Source: a virus
IMG/VR virus record: IMGVR_UViG_3300045988_085459
DNA length: 64,000 bases
Strand: one strand, 5' to 3'
Below are positions 49,904-60,592 of this stretch, one piece after another. The position numbers and the translations under genes were made by a program. The number at the start of each line of letters is the position of its first letter. Position 1 is the first letter of the stretch. The notes under the pieces were generated by a model. The model saw only the letters and a list, made by a program, of their open reading frames with translations, had not been told where the DNA came from and did not search any database.

Positions 49904-50758
49904 ATGGGATATAACATTAAAAAACATAGTCTCTATTCTTATGTTCAAATTGTAACAATTCCATTCGCAGACATTGAAAAAATTGACTTTGCCTTATGCA
50001 ATCAACCGACGGAAACTCCAGATGCTTATTATAAAAGACAGACTACTAAACCAGATATTATTACTAATGGAGGGTTCTTTGCTATGAACAATGGCAATAC
50101 CTGCTTTAGTTATAAAGACGAAGGAACTGTTATTTAGTCTGATTTTCGTCATGGAGTTGCAATTAGCGGCAATAAAACACTTATATATACGACATTAAAA
50201 GATTATGAAACCGCCAGAGATTTTATTGCAGCTTATCCTGCATTAATTGTAGATAGCAAAAAAGTAGTTATAACAGATGGAAAAGAATTAGATCATAAAG
50301 CCCGCAGGACTTGTATTGGATGGAATAAAAATAATTATTATATTGTAACCGTAGATTCTCCAGGTCTTGTTTATGCTGCCCTATAGCAAATTTTTCTTGA
50401 ATTGAAAGTAGAATATGCTATTAATTTAGATGGAGGCGGATCTACTAGATTACTAATAGATGGGAAAAGAAAAACTTCTCAAATTTATGCAAGACCAGTT
50501 GATAATGTAATGTGTGTATATTTTAAGAAAGAACAAGAGGTAGTTCTTTACAGAGTTCAAGTAGGAGCATTTCTATCTAAAACCAATGCAGAGAATATGT
50601 TAAAGGAATTGGAAGAGAAAGGATTTAGCGGGTATGTCAAGAAAGTAGGAATTTTTTATAAAGTTCAATTAGGTGCTTTCTCTGTGAAATTAAATGCAGA
50701 AAGACTAAAAGATAAATTAAAATCTGCTGGATATAGCTCTTTCATTACAAAAAAATAA
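49904..50758 (+). CDS. DUF2233 (phosphodiester glycosidase-like) domain protein with two C-terminal SPOR repeats, 2 in-frame TAG
   Basis: ATG 49904 after AAAGGAGATAAAGT SD; NGGFF ... NLDGGGST; YRVQVGAFLSKTNAENMLKEL and YKVQLGAFSVKLNAERLKDKL are SPOR-like; TAG at 50135 and 50384 read through. Confidence 0.6.
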
Positions 50759-50760
50759 AA

Positions 50761-51939
50761 ATGACTAATGCTCAAATTATTTGGAAATACTTTAAAGGCA
50801 AAGGTTTTAGTGATTGCGGAATTGCCGGTTTAATGGGTAATCTTTATGCCGAAAGTGGACTTAATTCTATTAACTTATAGAACACCTATGAAAAAAAATT
50901 AAAAATGACCGACGCAGGATATACCTCCGCAGTTGATGATGGAAGGTATAAAAACTTTGTAAAAGATGGAGCGGGATATGGATTGGCTCAATGGACATTT
51001 TGGAGTAGAAAACAAAATTTGCTTTAGTTCTGTCAAAGTCGAGGCAAATCCATTGGAGATTTAAATACTCAATTAGATTTTTTATATTAGGAGTTAATTA
51101 CAAGTTTTTCTAGTTTAGTTAAAATTTTGATTTCTGCCACTTCTGTCACAGAAGCCTCTACCGCGGTATTACTCTAGTTTGAAAGACCTTCAGACTAGAG
51201 TTTTTCTATGCAACAAAAGAGGGCTAATTATGGTCAATAGTATTATAATAAATTTGCTAACATTTCAAATGTAATTGAAGGAGGTAATAAAATGAAATAT
51301 AGCGATAGCAATAAACCACTTCAATGTATGATGACAAATAGCACTTGCTATAAACAAACACGCACCATGCAAGTTAAAGGAATCTTATGGCATAGTACTG
51401 GTGCAAATAATCCTAATTTAAAAAGATATGTATAGCCAAGCGATAATGATCCTAACTACACCAGTTTAATAAATAAATTAGGAAAAAATACTAGCAAGAA
51501 TGACTGGAATCATATATCTGTTCAAGCTGGATTAAACTGTTGGATTGGTAAATTGGCTGATGGAACAGTAACAACAGTATAGACAATGCCATGGAATTAT
51601 CGTCCTTGGGGATGCGGTTCTGGGTCTAAAGGTTCTTGTAATAATGGATGGATTCAGTTTGAAATTTGCGAAGATGGATTAAATGATGCAAATTATTTTA
51701 ACAAAATTTATGAAGAGGCTTGTCAAATTACTGCTTATTTATGTAAAATGTATAACATAAATCCATTGGGAACCACTACTTTAAATGGTATCACCGTTCC
51801 GACTATTTTATGTCATGCTGATAGTCACAAGCTAGGATTAGGATCTAATCATGCAGATGTAAACCATTGGTTTCCAAAATTTGGAAAAAGCATGGAAACC
51901 GCAAGAACAGATGTTTATAATTTAATGTCAAATATCTAG
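50761..51939 (+). CDS. two-domain endolysin (phage lysozyme-like N-domain plus type 2 amidase/PGRP C-domain), 8 in-frame TAG
   Basis: ATG 50761; frame open to TAA 51937 only if eight TAGs are read as sense; N-domain GIAGLMGNLYAESGLNS ... GYGLAQWTFWSRK; C-domain ILWHSTGANNP ... CHADSHKLGLGSNHAD; internal ATG 51293 has its own GAAGGAGG SD. Confidence 0.6.
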
Positions 51940-51954
51940 GAGGATGATGAAGAT

Positions 51955-52170
51955 ATGACTGACGAGAAATTCGCTGAACTTATGAATACTTGGCTTACTA
52001 ATAAAGCTAATGAAAAAGAAACTTGGGGCACCGATAATCTTGAATGGGCTAAAGCGAATGGGATTATGGCTGGAGACAGTGCTGGAAGAATGATGCCAAA
52101 TAAATTCTGCACTAGATTAGAAACTGTAACTATGTTAAGAAGATTGGCTGAAAAGCTGGGTTTAAAATGA
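51955..52170 (+). CDS. hypothetical protein
   Basis: ORF track 71 aa. Confidence 0.45.
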   Translation: MTDEKFAELMNTWLTNKANEKETWGTDNLEWAKANGIMAGDSAGRMMPNKFCTRLETVTMLRRLAEKLGLK

Positions 52171-52502
52171 AAAAATTAGAATTTTCCAAAAAACTTATAA
52201 ATGATATTCGTATGTTATTATGGGTCGTGACTGTGTCAGGTATCCTTTTGGCATTTATGTGTGTTTATATGGGATATTTAGGAACCCTTCCATGGATTAG
52301 TGCTCTTGTTGGTCTACCATGGAGCGCCCACGGAGTAGTTTGTTCTTTTTATTTAGCAATGGCTAAATCAGATCACAAAAAAGGCGGCATTACTTATGAC
52401 CTAGCTTTAAAAGAAACTGAATTCAATTCTGCATATAACATCCCCGCAGAAGATTTTTCAGCCTCTAATGATATTCCCATTGATCTCGATGGTCCTATTT
52501 AA
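52167..52502 (+). CDS. membrane protein, possible holin
   Basis: ORF track 111 aa; two TM helices; next to the endolysin. Confidence 0.4.
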   Translation: MKKLEFSKKLINDIRMLLWVVTVSGILLAFMCVYMGYLGTLPWISALVGLPWSAHGVVCSFYLAMAKSDHKKGGITYDLALKETEFNSAYNIPAEDFSASNDIPIDLDGPI

Positions 52503-52504
52503 TA

Positions 52505-52550
52505 TAAAGGCTTAATGAGTTAAATACTCATTAAGCCTTTATTTGTTTGT
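52505..52550 (+). terminator. rho-independent terminator
   Basis: AAAGGCTTAATGAGT-taaat-ACTCATTAAGCCTTT then ATTTGTTTGT. Confidence 0.75.
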
Positions 52551-52628
52551 AGTTTGATTTTTCTTAAAATATATGATATTATATATTAAGAAAATAAAAA
52601 GAATAAAAATAAAGGAGCATTTGTATTT

Positions 52629-53093
52629 ATGACTATATATACTGATGGTTCTTGCTTAGGAAATCCCGGTCCAGGAGGTTTTGGGGTTATAGTAGTTGAT
52701 GATAATGGTATTGTTATAGCTGCTTATACAGAGCGTGAACCTAAAACTACTAATAATAGAATGGAAATGTCTGCTATAATTTATGCTCTTGAAAACTATG
52801 GAGCTAAAGATGGAGATTTCTTTGCCCCTATTGTTTATAGCGATTCCGCTTATTGTGTAAATAGTTTTACTTCATGGATTAAAGGATGGAAAGCTAATGG
52901 TTGGACAAGAGCTGGAGGTAAAAAGCTAGAAAATCTTGATTTAATTAAGACCTATGATATGTTAAGCAAAGACTATAGAATTGATTTAAGAAAAATCAAA
53001 GGTCATGACGGAGAGCTTTATAATGAACTAGCTGATGCATTAGCTACTGGAAGAATGACCTCAGAAGAAATTTTAAGAGAGTATGGTGAATAA
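52629..53093 (+). CDS. rnhA: ribonuclease HI
   Basis: ORF track 154 aa; IYTDGSCLGNPGPGGFG. Confidence 0.8.
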   Translation: MTIYTDGSCLGNPGPGGFGVIVVDDNGIVIAAYTEREPKTTNNRMEMSAIIYALENYGAKDGDFFAPIVYSDSAYCVNSFTSWIKGWKANGWTRAGGKKLENLDLIKTYDMLSKDYRIDLRKIKGHDGELYNELADALATGRMTSEEILREYGE

Positions 53094-54983
53094 ATGTCAG
53101 ATAAGTTATATAATGAAAAAAGTATTGAGTCATTAAGTCCTCTAGAATTTACTCGTTTAAGACCTGGGGTATATTGTGGAGATACATCAACTTCTACTCA
53201 ATTAGTAGTAGAGATTGTATCAAACTCGGTAGATGAATTTAGATTGGGTCACGGTAATGAAATAGACGTACAAATTAATGGTGCCAGAGTGTCTGTCAGC
53301 GATCATGGTCAAGGATTTATTCCTAATTCTTTTAGAGAAGATGGGAAAACAATTTTGGAAGCCGCATTTAGTGTATTAAATACCAGTGGTAAATATAGAG
53401 AAGATGGAACTTATGAGGGAACTTCTCTTGGTAGTTTTGGTATTGGTAGCAAACTTGCAACTTATCTTAGTCATGAATTAACTGTGTGGACATATAGAGA
53501 TGGAGAAGGAGAACAAGTAAGATTCAAAGAGGGCATTTTTGAATCTAGAGATTCTTGTAAGGTTGATAAAAATGTTCATGGAACTTCTGTTTTCTGGATT
53601 GCAAGTGAAGAGTTTTTTACTGATCCAAAGCCAGACGCAAAAGCATTAAACTCCTTATTTAAAACTATTGTATGTCTCTGTCCGGGGCTAACTATCAAAC
53701 TAGATGATAATGGAAAAAAGACAGAGTTCTTCTCTAAGAATGGTCTTATGGATTTGTTAGATGAAGGCGTTAAGGGAAAAGAGATTCTGAAAAATCGTTT
53801 CTCAATTAATTTTTCCGAAGGTAAAAATAAGTTGGATTTAGCTCTAACTTACACAAATAACTACTCTTCTACGATTGTTCCATATGTAAATACTGGTTTA
53901 ACAGAAGCAGGTCCGCATATTACGCAAATTAAAACCCTTTTAACAAGAGAATTTAATAAATTCTTCCGAGAAAAAGGGTGGCTAAAAGATAAGGATGAAA
54001 ATCTCTCTGGAGATGATTGCCAAGAAGGAATGTATCTTGTTTTTAATATTACAGCACCAAATATTGGATATGATGCTCAAGTAAAATCTCGTGTCACAAA
54101 ACTAGATATGAAACCTTTTACACAAGCAATAGCAGAAGAGCTGCAATATTGGTTCACAACAAATGAAAAAGAAATTAAAAGTATCGCGGATAAAGCATTA
54201 AATGCTAGAAAAGCAAGAGAGGCAGCTCGTAAAGCAAGAGAGGCAGCAAGAGGAATAAAGACAAAGAAAGAAACCGGATTAAAGGCAAAAATGAAACTTA
54301 GTAATAAGTTTATTGATTGCGGAAATCGTAGTCCTAAAGATCGTAATCTCTTGCTTGTTGAGGGACTATCAGCAGGAGCTTCCGCAGTAGAAGCACGAAA
54401 TCCTAAAACTGATTGCATTTATATGTTGCGAGGAAAGATTATCAGCCCATTAAAGACTGCTATTGATAAGCTGCTTTCTAACCAAGAAATGTCTGATATT
54501 ATTAGGATCCTTGGTGGAGGTTTTGGTAAAGATTTTGATATTAGTAAATTGACCGTTGATAAAGTTGTAATCACGGCCGATGCAGATAGTGATGGTGCAG
54601 ATATTGAATTAATGCTTATTACTTTCTTCTATACATATATGCGTCCTCTTATTGAAGCTGGTAAGTTATATAGAGCTGTAACTCCATTATATATTATTCG
54701 ACAAAAAGGAAAAGAGTATTACTGTTATAGTGACAATGAACTTGAAGAGTGGAAAAAGAATCATAGCGGCAGTTATGATTTACTTAGAGCTAAGGGATTG
54801 GGAGAATTAAATCCAGAGGATCTGCAAAAAGTATGTTTTATGAATGAAAGATATAAACGCATTACTATTAGTGATGCCAAAGCTACCACAGAATTGCTCG
54901 AAATTTTGATGGGAAGCGCAGTTGAACCCCGCAAGCAATATATCTATGATAATGCAGAAGAATTAGGATTTAATTTTGAATGA
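53094..54983 (+). CDS. type II DNA topoisomerase, ATPase/Toprim subunit (GyrB / T4 gp39-like)
   Basis: ORF track 629 aa; GHKL ATPase region, Toprim LLLVEGLSAG and DADSDG. Confidence 0.85.
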   Translation: MSDKLYNEKSIESLSPLEFTRLRPGVYCGDTSTSTQLVVEIVSNSVDEFRLGHGNEIDVQINGARVSVSDHGQGFIPNSFREDGKTILEAAFSVLNTSGKYREDGTYEGTSLGSFGIGSKLATYLSHELTVWTYRDGEGEQVRFKEGIFESRDSCKVDKNVHGTSVFWIASEEFFTDPKPDAKALNSLFKTIVCLCPGLTIKLDDNGKKTEFFSKNGLMDLLDEGVKGKEILKNRFSINFSEGKNKLDLALTYTNNYSSTIVPYVNTGLTEAGPHITQIKTLLTREFNKFFREKGWLKDKDENLSGDDCQEGMYLVFNITAPNIGYDAQVKSRVTKLDMKPFTQAIAEELQYWFTTNEKEIKSIADKALNARKAREAARKAREAARGIKTKKETGLKAKMKLSNKFIDCGNRSPKDRNLLLVEGLSAGASAVEARNPKTDCIYMLRGKIISPLKTAIDKLLSNQEMSDIIRILGGGFGKDFDISKLTVDKVVITADADSDGADIELMLITFFYTYMRPLIEAGKLYRAVTPLYIIRQKGKEYYCYSDNELEEWKKNHSGSYDLLRAKGLGELNPEDLQKVCFMNERYKRITISDAKATTELLEILMGSAVEPRKQYIYDNAEELGFNFE

Positions 54984-54995
54984 GGAAGTGTATAA

Positions 54996-57362
54996 ATGAG
55001 TAGTTTAATTACAGAAGTAGATATTCTTGATGAAGCAAAAAACACATTCTTAACATATGCAGAAGAGGTTTTAACTGATAGAGCCATTCCTGCGGCGGAG
55101 GATGGGCTGTTAAGCGCGCAAAGAAAAATCATTTGGACTATGGAAGATTATTTAAAGATGAATAATAAGAGTAAGACCAAAAAGTGTAATGCTATTGTTG
55201 GTTCTACTCTAGCCACCTCTTACTTTCATGGCGATATTGCTTGCTATGGTGTTCTTCGAAAGATGGCGCAACCATTTTTAATGCGTTATCCTCTTATTAC
55301 AGGACAAGGACAATTAGGAACTCAAGAAAATAATGATATGTTTTCTTCTTCTCGTTATACAGAGGCAAAACCTTCACTATTTGCTGATATAATGATGAAT
55401 GATTACAAGAAAAATGTAGTTCCAATTAAAGAAACATATAATGGAGAATTTATGGAGCCAGTGATTTTACCAGCCCTTTTTCCAAATGCTATTTGCAATG
55501 GAAGACAAGCCATTGGTATTTCCATGGCCCATAATAGCGCTCCACATAATTTAACAGAAGTATGTAATGCAGCAATTGCTCTAATTCAAAAAGGCTCGCT
55601 CACTATTGATGAATTACTAACCTATATTCCTGGCCCAGATTTCCCTCTTGGCGGAACTGTTCTAAATATCAAGGATGTAAAGAGCGCGTTTAAAACGGGA
55701 AAATCCACAATCTCTTTGAAAATTCAAGGCGACTATGAGATTGATGGGCAAAAAATTATCTTTACAAGTATTCCTTATAGAACCTATCGAAATAAAATAA
55801 AAGAGCAAATAGAGAAGAATATTGAAACATTAAGTGAGATTATTGAAGATTTTGATGATGAATCAAATATCGGTAATAATAGGCTTGTATTTTATGTAAA
55901 AGATGGTGTTTCTGTATCTAAAGCATTAAATCAATTATTTGTATTAACTGACTTACAATCTTCTATTTCTTATAATATGAATTATATTGTAAATGGAACT
56001 CCTAGACTTTGCTCAATGATAGATTTATTACAGATTTATGTCAGCCATCAGGAAGATGTATTAATTAAAGCAACTCAGTTTGATAAGGAAAAAGCTGAGG
56101 CCCGCAAACATATTCTTGAGGGATTGATCGCTGCTGTTGATAAGATTGATGAAGTTATCAAAATTATTAAAAGTGCAAATAACACTAATGAAGCAAAGAA
56201 AGAACTAATTGCTTTCTTAGATGTAGATGATATTCAAGCTAAAGCTATTTTAGATATGAAACTTGGCAAATTAACTCGCATTGATAAACAAGAGTTAGTT
56301 GACGAGCTAAACGAAAAAATAGAATTTATAGCTAAGTGTAATGAGTTGTTAAATAATAAAGAAGTAAGGAATAATAAGTTAATTAAACTTATTACCGAAC
56401 TTAAAGATACATATGGAGATGCTCGCCGCACAAAACTTATTAATACAGAAATCCCTAAACAAGAGAAAGAACAAGTAGTTATAGAGCCAGAAGATTGCGT
56501 TGTTATTATTTCTAGTAAAGGCACAGTAAAAAGAATTGCGAAAAAAGCCTTTAAACCTCAAAAAAGAAATACCACTGGAATGAAAATTAATGACATTATA
56601 GCATTTTCTTCTGCTACAAATACACAAGATACTTTGATGATATTTTCATCAAAAGGAAAGATGTATAGACTGCTCGTGGATAATATTCCAGAAGGAAATA
56701 ACAATTCTATTGGCGTACCCTTATCTACTTTGATTACTTTTGAAGATAATGAAACTCCTATGGCATATACTACTTTAACAAGAGATACAAATAAGAAGTT
56801 TATATTCTTTGCTACTAAAAAAGGAATAGTCAAAAAAGTTCCTCTGGAAGAATATGACGCAATGAAGAGAACTGGAATTGTATCAATTAAGTTAAAAGAT
56901 GGTGATGAACTCGCCGCAGTAACTTTTATAAATCAAGAGGAAATGATACTTGTTACTAAAAATGGAATGACTATAAGATTTAATACTGCGGAAATGCCGA
57001 TTTCTTCTAGAACCGCGCAAGGAGTAAAAGGAATGAATATATCCGATGATGATAGTATTATCGCTGCATTACCAATAAGCAATAATGCAGATTACCTTGC
57101 TATTATTTCAGAAGATGGTCTTGGAAAGAAAATTGAGCTAAAAGAGTTTAATAAACAAAACCGCGGTGGCAAAGGAGTATCATGTTACAAAGGAACAGTT
57201 GTCGGAGCAGAATTGGTGTCTGATGATAATGATATTTTAATTTCTGGTAATAAGAGTTCTATTGTCGTTAGTGTAAAAGATTTTCCCAAGCTATCAAGAA
57301 TTTCTATGGGAAATATAATGATAAAAAATAATGATAAGATTATTTCAGTAGCCAAGATTTAA
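54996..57362 (+). CDS. type II DNA topoisomerase, DNA-cleavage subunit (GyrA / T4 gp52-like)
   Basis: ORF track 788 aa; active-site Tyr context FSSSRYTEAK; GyrA-like winged helix and tower. Confidence 0.85.
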   Translation: MSSLITEVDILDEAKNTFLTYAEEVLTDRAIPAAEDGLLSAQRKIIWTMEDYLKMNNKSKTKKCNAIVGSTLATSYFHGDIACYGVLRKMAQPFLMRYPLITGQGQLGTQENNDMFSSSRYTEAKPSLFADIMMNDYKKNVVPIKETYNGEFMEPVILPALFPNAICNGRQAIGISMAHNSAPHNLTEVCNAAIALIQKGSLTIDELLTYIPGPDFPLGGTVLNIKDVKSAFKTGKSTISLKIQGDYEIDGQKIIFTSIPYRTYRNKIKEQIEKNIETLSEIIEDFDDESNIGNNRLVFYVKDGVSVSKALNQLFVLTDLQSSISYNMNYIVNGTPRLCSMIDLLQIYVSHQEDVLIKATQFDKEKAEARKHILEGLIAAVDKIDEVIKIIKSANNTNEAKKELIAFLDVDDIQAKAILDMKLGKLTRIDKQELVDELNEKIEFIAKCNELLNNKEVRNNKLIKLITELKDTYGDARRTKLINTEIPKQEKEQVVIEPEDCVVIISSKGTVKRIAKKAFKPQKRNTTGMKINDIIAFSSATNTQDTLMIFSSKGKMYRLLVDNIPEGNNNSIGVPLSTLITFEDNETPMAYTTLTRDTNKKFIFFATKKGIVKKVPLEEYDAMKRTGIVSIKLKDGDELAAVTFINQEEMILVTKNGMTIRFNTAEMPISSRTAQGVKGMNISDDDSIIAALPISNNADYLAIISEDGLGKKIELKEFNKQNRGGKGVSCYKGTVVGAELVSDDNDILISGNKSSIVVSVKDFPKLSRISMGNIMIKNNDKIISVAKI

Positions 57363-57410
57363 AGATAAGAGTGGTAAAACCACTCTTATCTTTAGTTGAT
57401 TTTTCTTTTT
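57362..57410 (+). terminator. rho-independent terminator
   Basis: AGATAAGAGTGG-taaaa-CCACTCTTATCT then TTAGTTGATTTTTCTTTTTT. Confidence 0.75.
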
Positions 57411-57443
57411 TATTATTATAATATATTTATATAAAGAGAAAAA

Positions 57444-57650
57444 ATGAGGTTTTATATGACTGATAAATTAAAAAATTCTACTCTTATTAAATTCATACTA
57501 GTTGACATTCTTCTTGTCTTCGTTTTAGCTATGACAATATTTTTACCAATCATCTTATGTTTTACTGTTAGTCTTTGGTTTTTATTTTTATATGCCATTC
57601 CTATAGGAATTTACTTTGGATATAAAGAATATAAGGAGTTTGATAAATAA
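57444..57650 (+). CDS. small membrane protein
   Basis: ORF track 68 aa. Confidence 0.45.
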   Translation: MRFYMTDKLKNSTLIKFILVDILLVFVLAMTIFLPIILCFTVSLWFLFLYAIPIGIYFGYKEYKEFDK

Positions 57651-58756
57651 TGTATCCTGAAGCTAAAATGATAGATGCTATGAAGGTGTGGAAATTACCT
57701 GCTGGTAAAGAATCTATGCTTTCTGAAATGTGCCAATCTGGAGATTATTTTCTCGAAGAAAAAATTGATGGATATTGGTATGAGTTTGAAAAGACAGATA
57801 ACTACAGTTATCTATTTTCTCGTAATACAAGTACAACAACTGGATTACTCTCTGAAAAAGGTGCAAATGTGCCTCATATTATTGAAGCCTTAAATTGTAT
57901 GCCATCAAATACAATTTTAATTGGCGAGATTTATTATCCTGGAGGGACATCTAAAACAGTAACAAGCATAATGGGATGCCTACCAGATTTAGCTATCAAA
58001 AGGCAAAAAGATAATCCTATTCATTATTATATACATGATATAATTGAATATGATAATATTAATTTAGTAAATGTCGGTGCAGAAGATAGATATAAAATCC
58101 TTGCGGCAGTATGGGAAAAACATAATTTATCACAATATAGTTTCTTGCGGCTAGCAGTAAAAGTAGACACTAATCTTGAAGAAGAAATCTCTCGAATCTT
58201 GAAAAGTGGAGGCGAAGGCGCGGTTTTAAAGAAAAGGGATTATCCTTATACTCCTGGAAAACGTCCCGCTTGGTCTACAATTAAAATTAAACAGATGGAT
58301 TCTATTGATTTAATCTGCATAGGTTTTTGTCCTCCAACAAAAGAATATACAGGAAAAGAGATAGATACATGGGAGTATTGGGCTATTGAAAAACAAGGCG
58401 AGAATGGAGTATGGGTAGAACAAGAAAAAATAAATTCCTATAAAGCAATTAGATCTCCCGATTATAGAACAATCCCTATTAGTAGATACTATTTCTATGG
58501 ATGGAATACAGCAATTAAAGTTGGCGCTTATGATAATCAAGGCAAACTAATAGAATTAGGTACTGTTAGTTCTGGTCTAACTGATGACATGAAGCGCGAT
58601 ATGACTGAAAATCCGCAGAACTATCTTAATAAAGTTGTTTCTCTTGATTGCATGTCTATTGATAAAAAAGAACATACATTAAGACACCCAGTATTAAAGT
58701 TGTGGAGAGAAGATAAAGATACAAAAGATTGTATTATAGATGAAATTTTCTCATAA
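57650..58756 (+). CDS. ATP-dependent DNA ligase
   Basis: ORF track 368 aa; motif I EEKIDG, motif IV/V EGAVLKK. Confidence 0.8.
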   Translation: MYPEAKMIDAMKVWKLPAGKESMLSEMCQSGDYFLEEKIDGYWYEFEKTDNYSYLFSRNTSTTTGLLSEKGANVPHIIEALNCMPSNTILIGEIYYPGGTSKTVTSIMGCLPDLAIKRQKDNPIHYYIHDIIEYDNINLVNVGAEDRYKILAAVWEKHNLSQYSFLRLAVKVDTNLEEEISRILKSGGEGAVLKKRDYPYTPGKRPAWSTIKIKQMDSIDLICIGFCPPTKEYTGKEIDTWEYWAIEKQGENGVWVEQEKINSYKAIRSPDYRTIPISRYYFYGWNTAIKVGAYDNQGKLIELGTVSSGLTDDMKRDMTENPQNYLNKVVSLDCMSIDKKEHTLRHPVLKLWREDKDTKDCIIDEIFS

Positions 58757-58854
58757 AATCTAACTTTGCTGAGATATTTACCTAAAATTCTTGACTTAAA
58801 AAAATATTTTAGATATAATATATATGTAATTCAGGGATAAAGGATAGAAATTAT

Positions 58855-59058
58855 ATGACCCGAAAATAGATGAAAAAGCTCGCTCAAGAACTTTATAAAT
58901 GTGAGCAAATTCACCAAAATGAAACTTCCTCAAAGGAAGAAAAATCCCGAGCCGATAATCGAATTATGCAGATTACCAATCAAATTATGTCATTAAGCGA
59001 CGGGATAAATATTATGCTAGAAATTGACACTATGGTTCAAGATTTAGCAACAAATTAA
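58855..59058 (+). CDS. hypothetical protein, one in-frame TAG
   Basis: ATG 58855 after AAAGGATAGAAATTAT leader; MTRK[Q]MKKLAQELYKCEQ...; in frame with track ORF 58870. Confidence 0.4.
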
Positions 59059-59086
59059 ATTAAAATAAATTTATTATTAAAGGAGA

Positions 59087-59362
59087 ATGTCTACTATGGC
59101 AGCTATGAAAGAAAATACTCGTAAGGTTTTAGATTATTTAAAGGAGCATAATGGTGAAAATTTAACAGCGGCAGATGTTGCTGAAGCTCTTGGACTTGAG
59201 AAGCGTCAAGTTGATGGTATTTTTACTTCTGCTTTCCAACGCAAGGGACTTGGAGAGCGCGTTCCTGATGAGGTAACTCTTGAAGATGGTTCTCATCAGA
59301 AGGTAAAGTATCTCCATTTAACTCAAAGCGGGCTAGATCTCGACCCAGACGCTCAAGAGTAA
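59087..59362 (+). CDS. hypothetical protein
   Basis: ORF track 91 aa; AAAGGAGAATG SD. Confidence 0.5.
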   Translation: MSTMAAMKENTRKVLDYLKEHNGENLTAADVAEALGLEKRQVDGIFTSAFQRKGLGERVPDEVTLEDGSHQKVKYLHLTQSGLDLDPDAQE

Positions 59363-59365
59363 TTT

Positions 59366-59400
59366 TGTTCGGGGAGAGGTTAACTCTCCCCGAATTTTTT
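59366..59400 (+). terminator. rho-independent terminator
   Basis: TTCGGGGAGAG-gttaa-CTCTCCCCGAA then TTTTTT. Confidence 0.8.
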
Positions 59401-59404
59401 AAAT

Positions 59405-59962
59405 ATGATTATAGGGTTATTATTAATTACTATAATCGGGTTAATAATTTATATCTATTATCTCAAGAAACAAGAGCATCAAATAATTGAAGTTAATATA
59501 GATAATTAGAGGAAAAACTCCGAGATAGAATAGGAAATAAAACATAATAGAGAAGTATTATCTAATATAAAAGAAAATATATACTCTGAAAATGAAATTC
59601 TTTCTTCTCTAGTAAAATCTTAGGAAGAAATGCGGGAAAATGCACAAAAGCAAGCTGATGAGGCATACTAGATTCGCATTTCCGCACTTTTAAAATCCTA
59701 TGAAGAAAAAGAAAATGAGCTTACTATGACTTTTGATGCTAAAAGTCAAGATTTATCAAATAAAATTTCTATCGAATCCAGTAAATTAGCGGATTTACAA
59801 GCTAAACAACTTGCTTATATTTAGGCTCAACTAAGATAGGAAGAGATTGACTCTAATCAAGATTACTATCGTTTAGCTCTTGATGAAATTGATATAAATG
59901 ATATTACATTATTGCGTGAGTTGCAACCTAGATTTGTCAAAAAAGAAAGCATAGATAAGTTA
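59405..59962 (+). CDS. membrane-anchored coiled-coil protein, 7 in-frame TAG
   Basis: ATG 59405; N-terminal TM helix MIIGLLLITIIGLIIYIYY then heptad-rich sequence; open to TAA 59960 only with TAG as sense. Confidence 0.45.
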
Positions 59963-59970
59963 ATATGGGA

Positions 59971-60316
59971 AGTGTATTATAAACCAGCTTATGATATATT
60001 AACAGCTCGGTTATTCCCAAAAGCAATTAAATATTGTGGGATTTATAGGATAACTGATTTGACCACTGGGAAATCCTATATAGGATAGTCAGTTGATATA
60101 AAAGAACGTTTTAGACAACATATTAAATCTGCTTTAACTTACGGAAAAGCAACCAATAAACTATATTCTACCATGTAGAAATCTGGAGTTCATAATTTTA
60201 CCTTTGAGATTTTAGAAGAAGTTTCAAGGGAAAATTTAAATGAGAGAGAAACTTATTGGATTGAGTTTTATAAAACGAAAGATTTTGGTTTAAATACTAC
60301 TCGCGGAGGATCTTAA
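59971..60316 (+). CDS. GIY-YIG endonuclease domain protein, 2 in-frame TAG, start uncertain
   Basis: Frame open from 59920 (after TGA) to TAA 60314; GIYRITDLTTGKSYIG[Q]SVDIKERFRQH ... RETYWIEFYKTKDFGLNTTRGGS; no in-frame ATG upstream of the motif; GTG 59971 is the first plausible start. Confidence 0.55.
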
Positions 60317-60591
60317 TGTTTAGAATTATTAGTAACAGATGTACTGGAAAAACCTATCAACTAATGCAATATGCTAAAGATAATGATGCTATTTTTGTAT
60401 GTAGCAATCCACGCTCAATGAGAATTAAAGCAGAACAATATGGAATTATTGGACTAAATTGTATTAGTTATTCTGAATTTCTAAAAAGTAGAGATTTGAA
60501 GGAAAAATTCGTAATTGATGAAGTAGAGATATTATTGCGATTAATAAATCCTTGTATGGAACTTATTGGATATAATTTAAGTGAGGAATAA
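60316..60591 (+). CDS. hypothetical protein
   Basis: ORF track 91 aa; start overlaps the previous stop (TAATG). Confidence 0.5.
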   Translation: MFRIISNRCTGKTYQLMQYAKDNDAIFVCSNPRSMRIKAEQYGIIGLNCISYSEFLKSRDLKEKFVIDEVEILLRLINPCMELIGYNLSEE

Positions 60592-60592
60592 T

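Noticed and set aside
54077-54418. 113-aa minus ORF
   Set aside because: Antisense within the topoisomerase ATPase subunit gene, in a Lys/Ala/Arg-rich repeat region.
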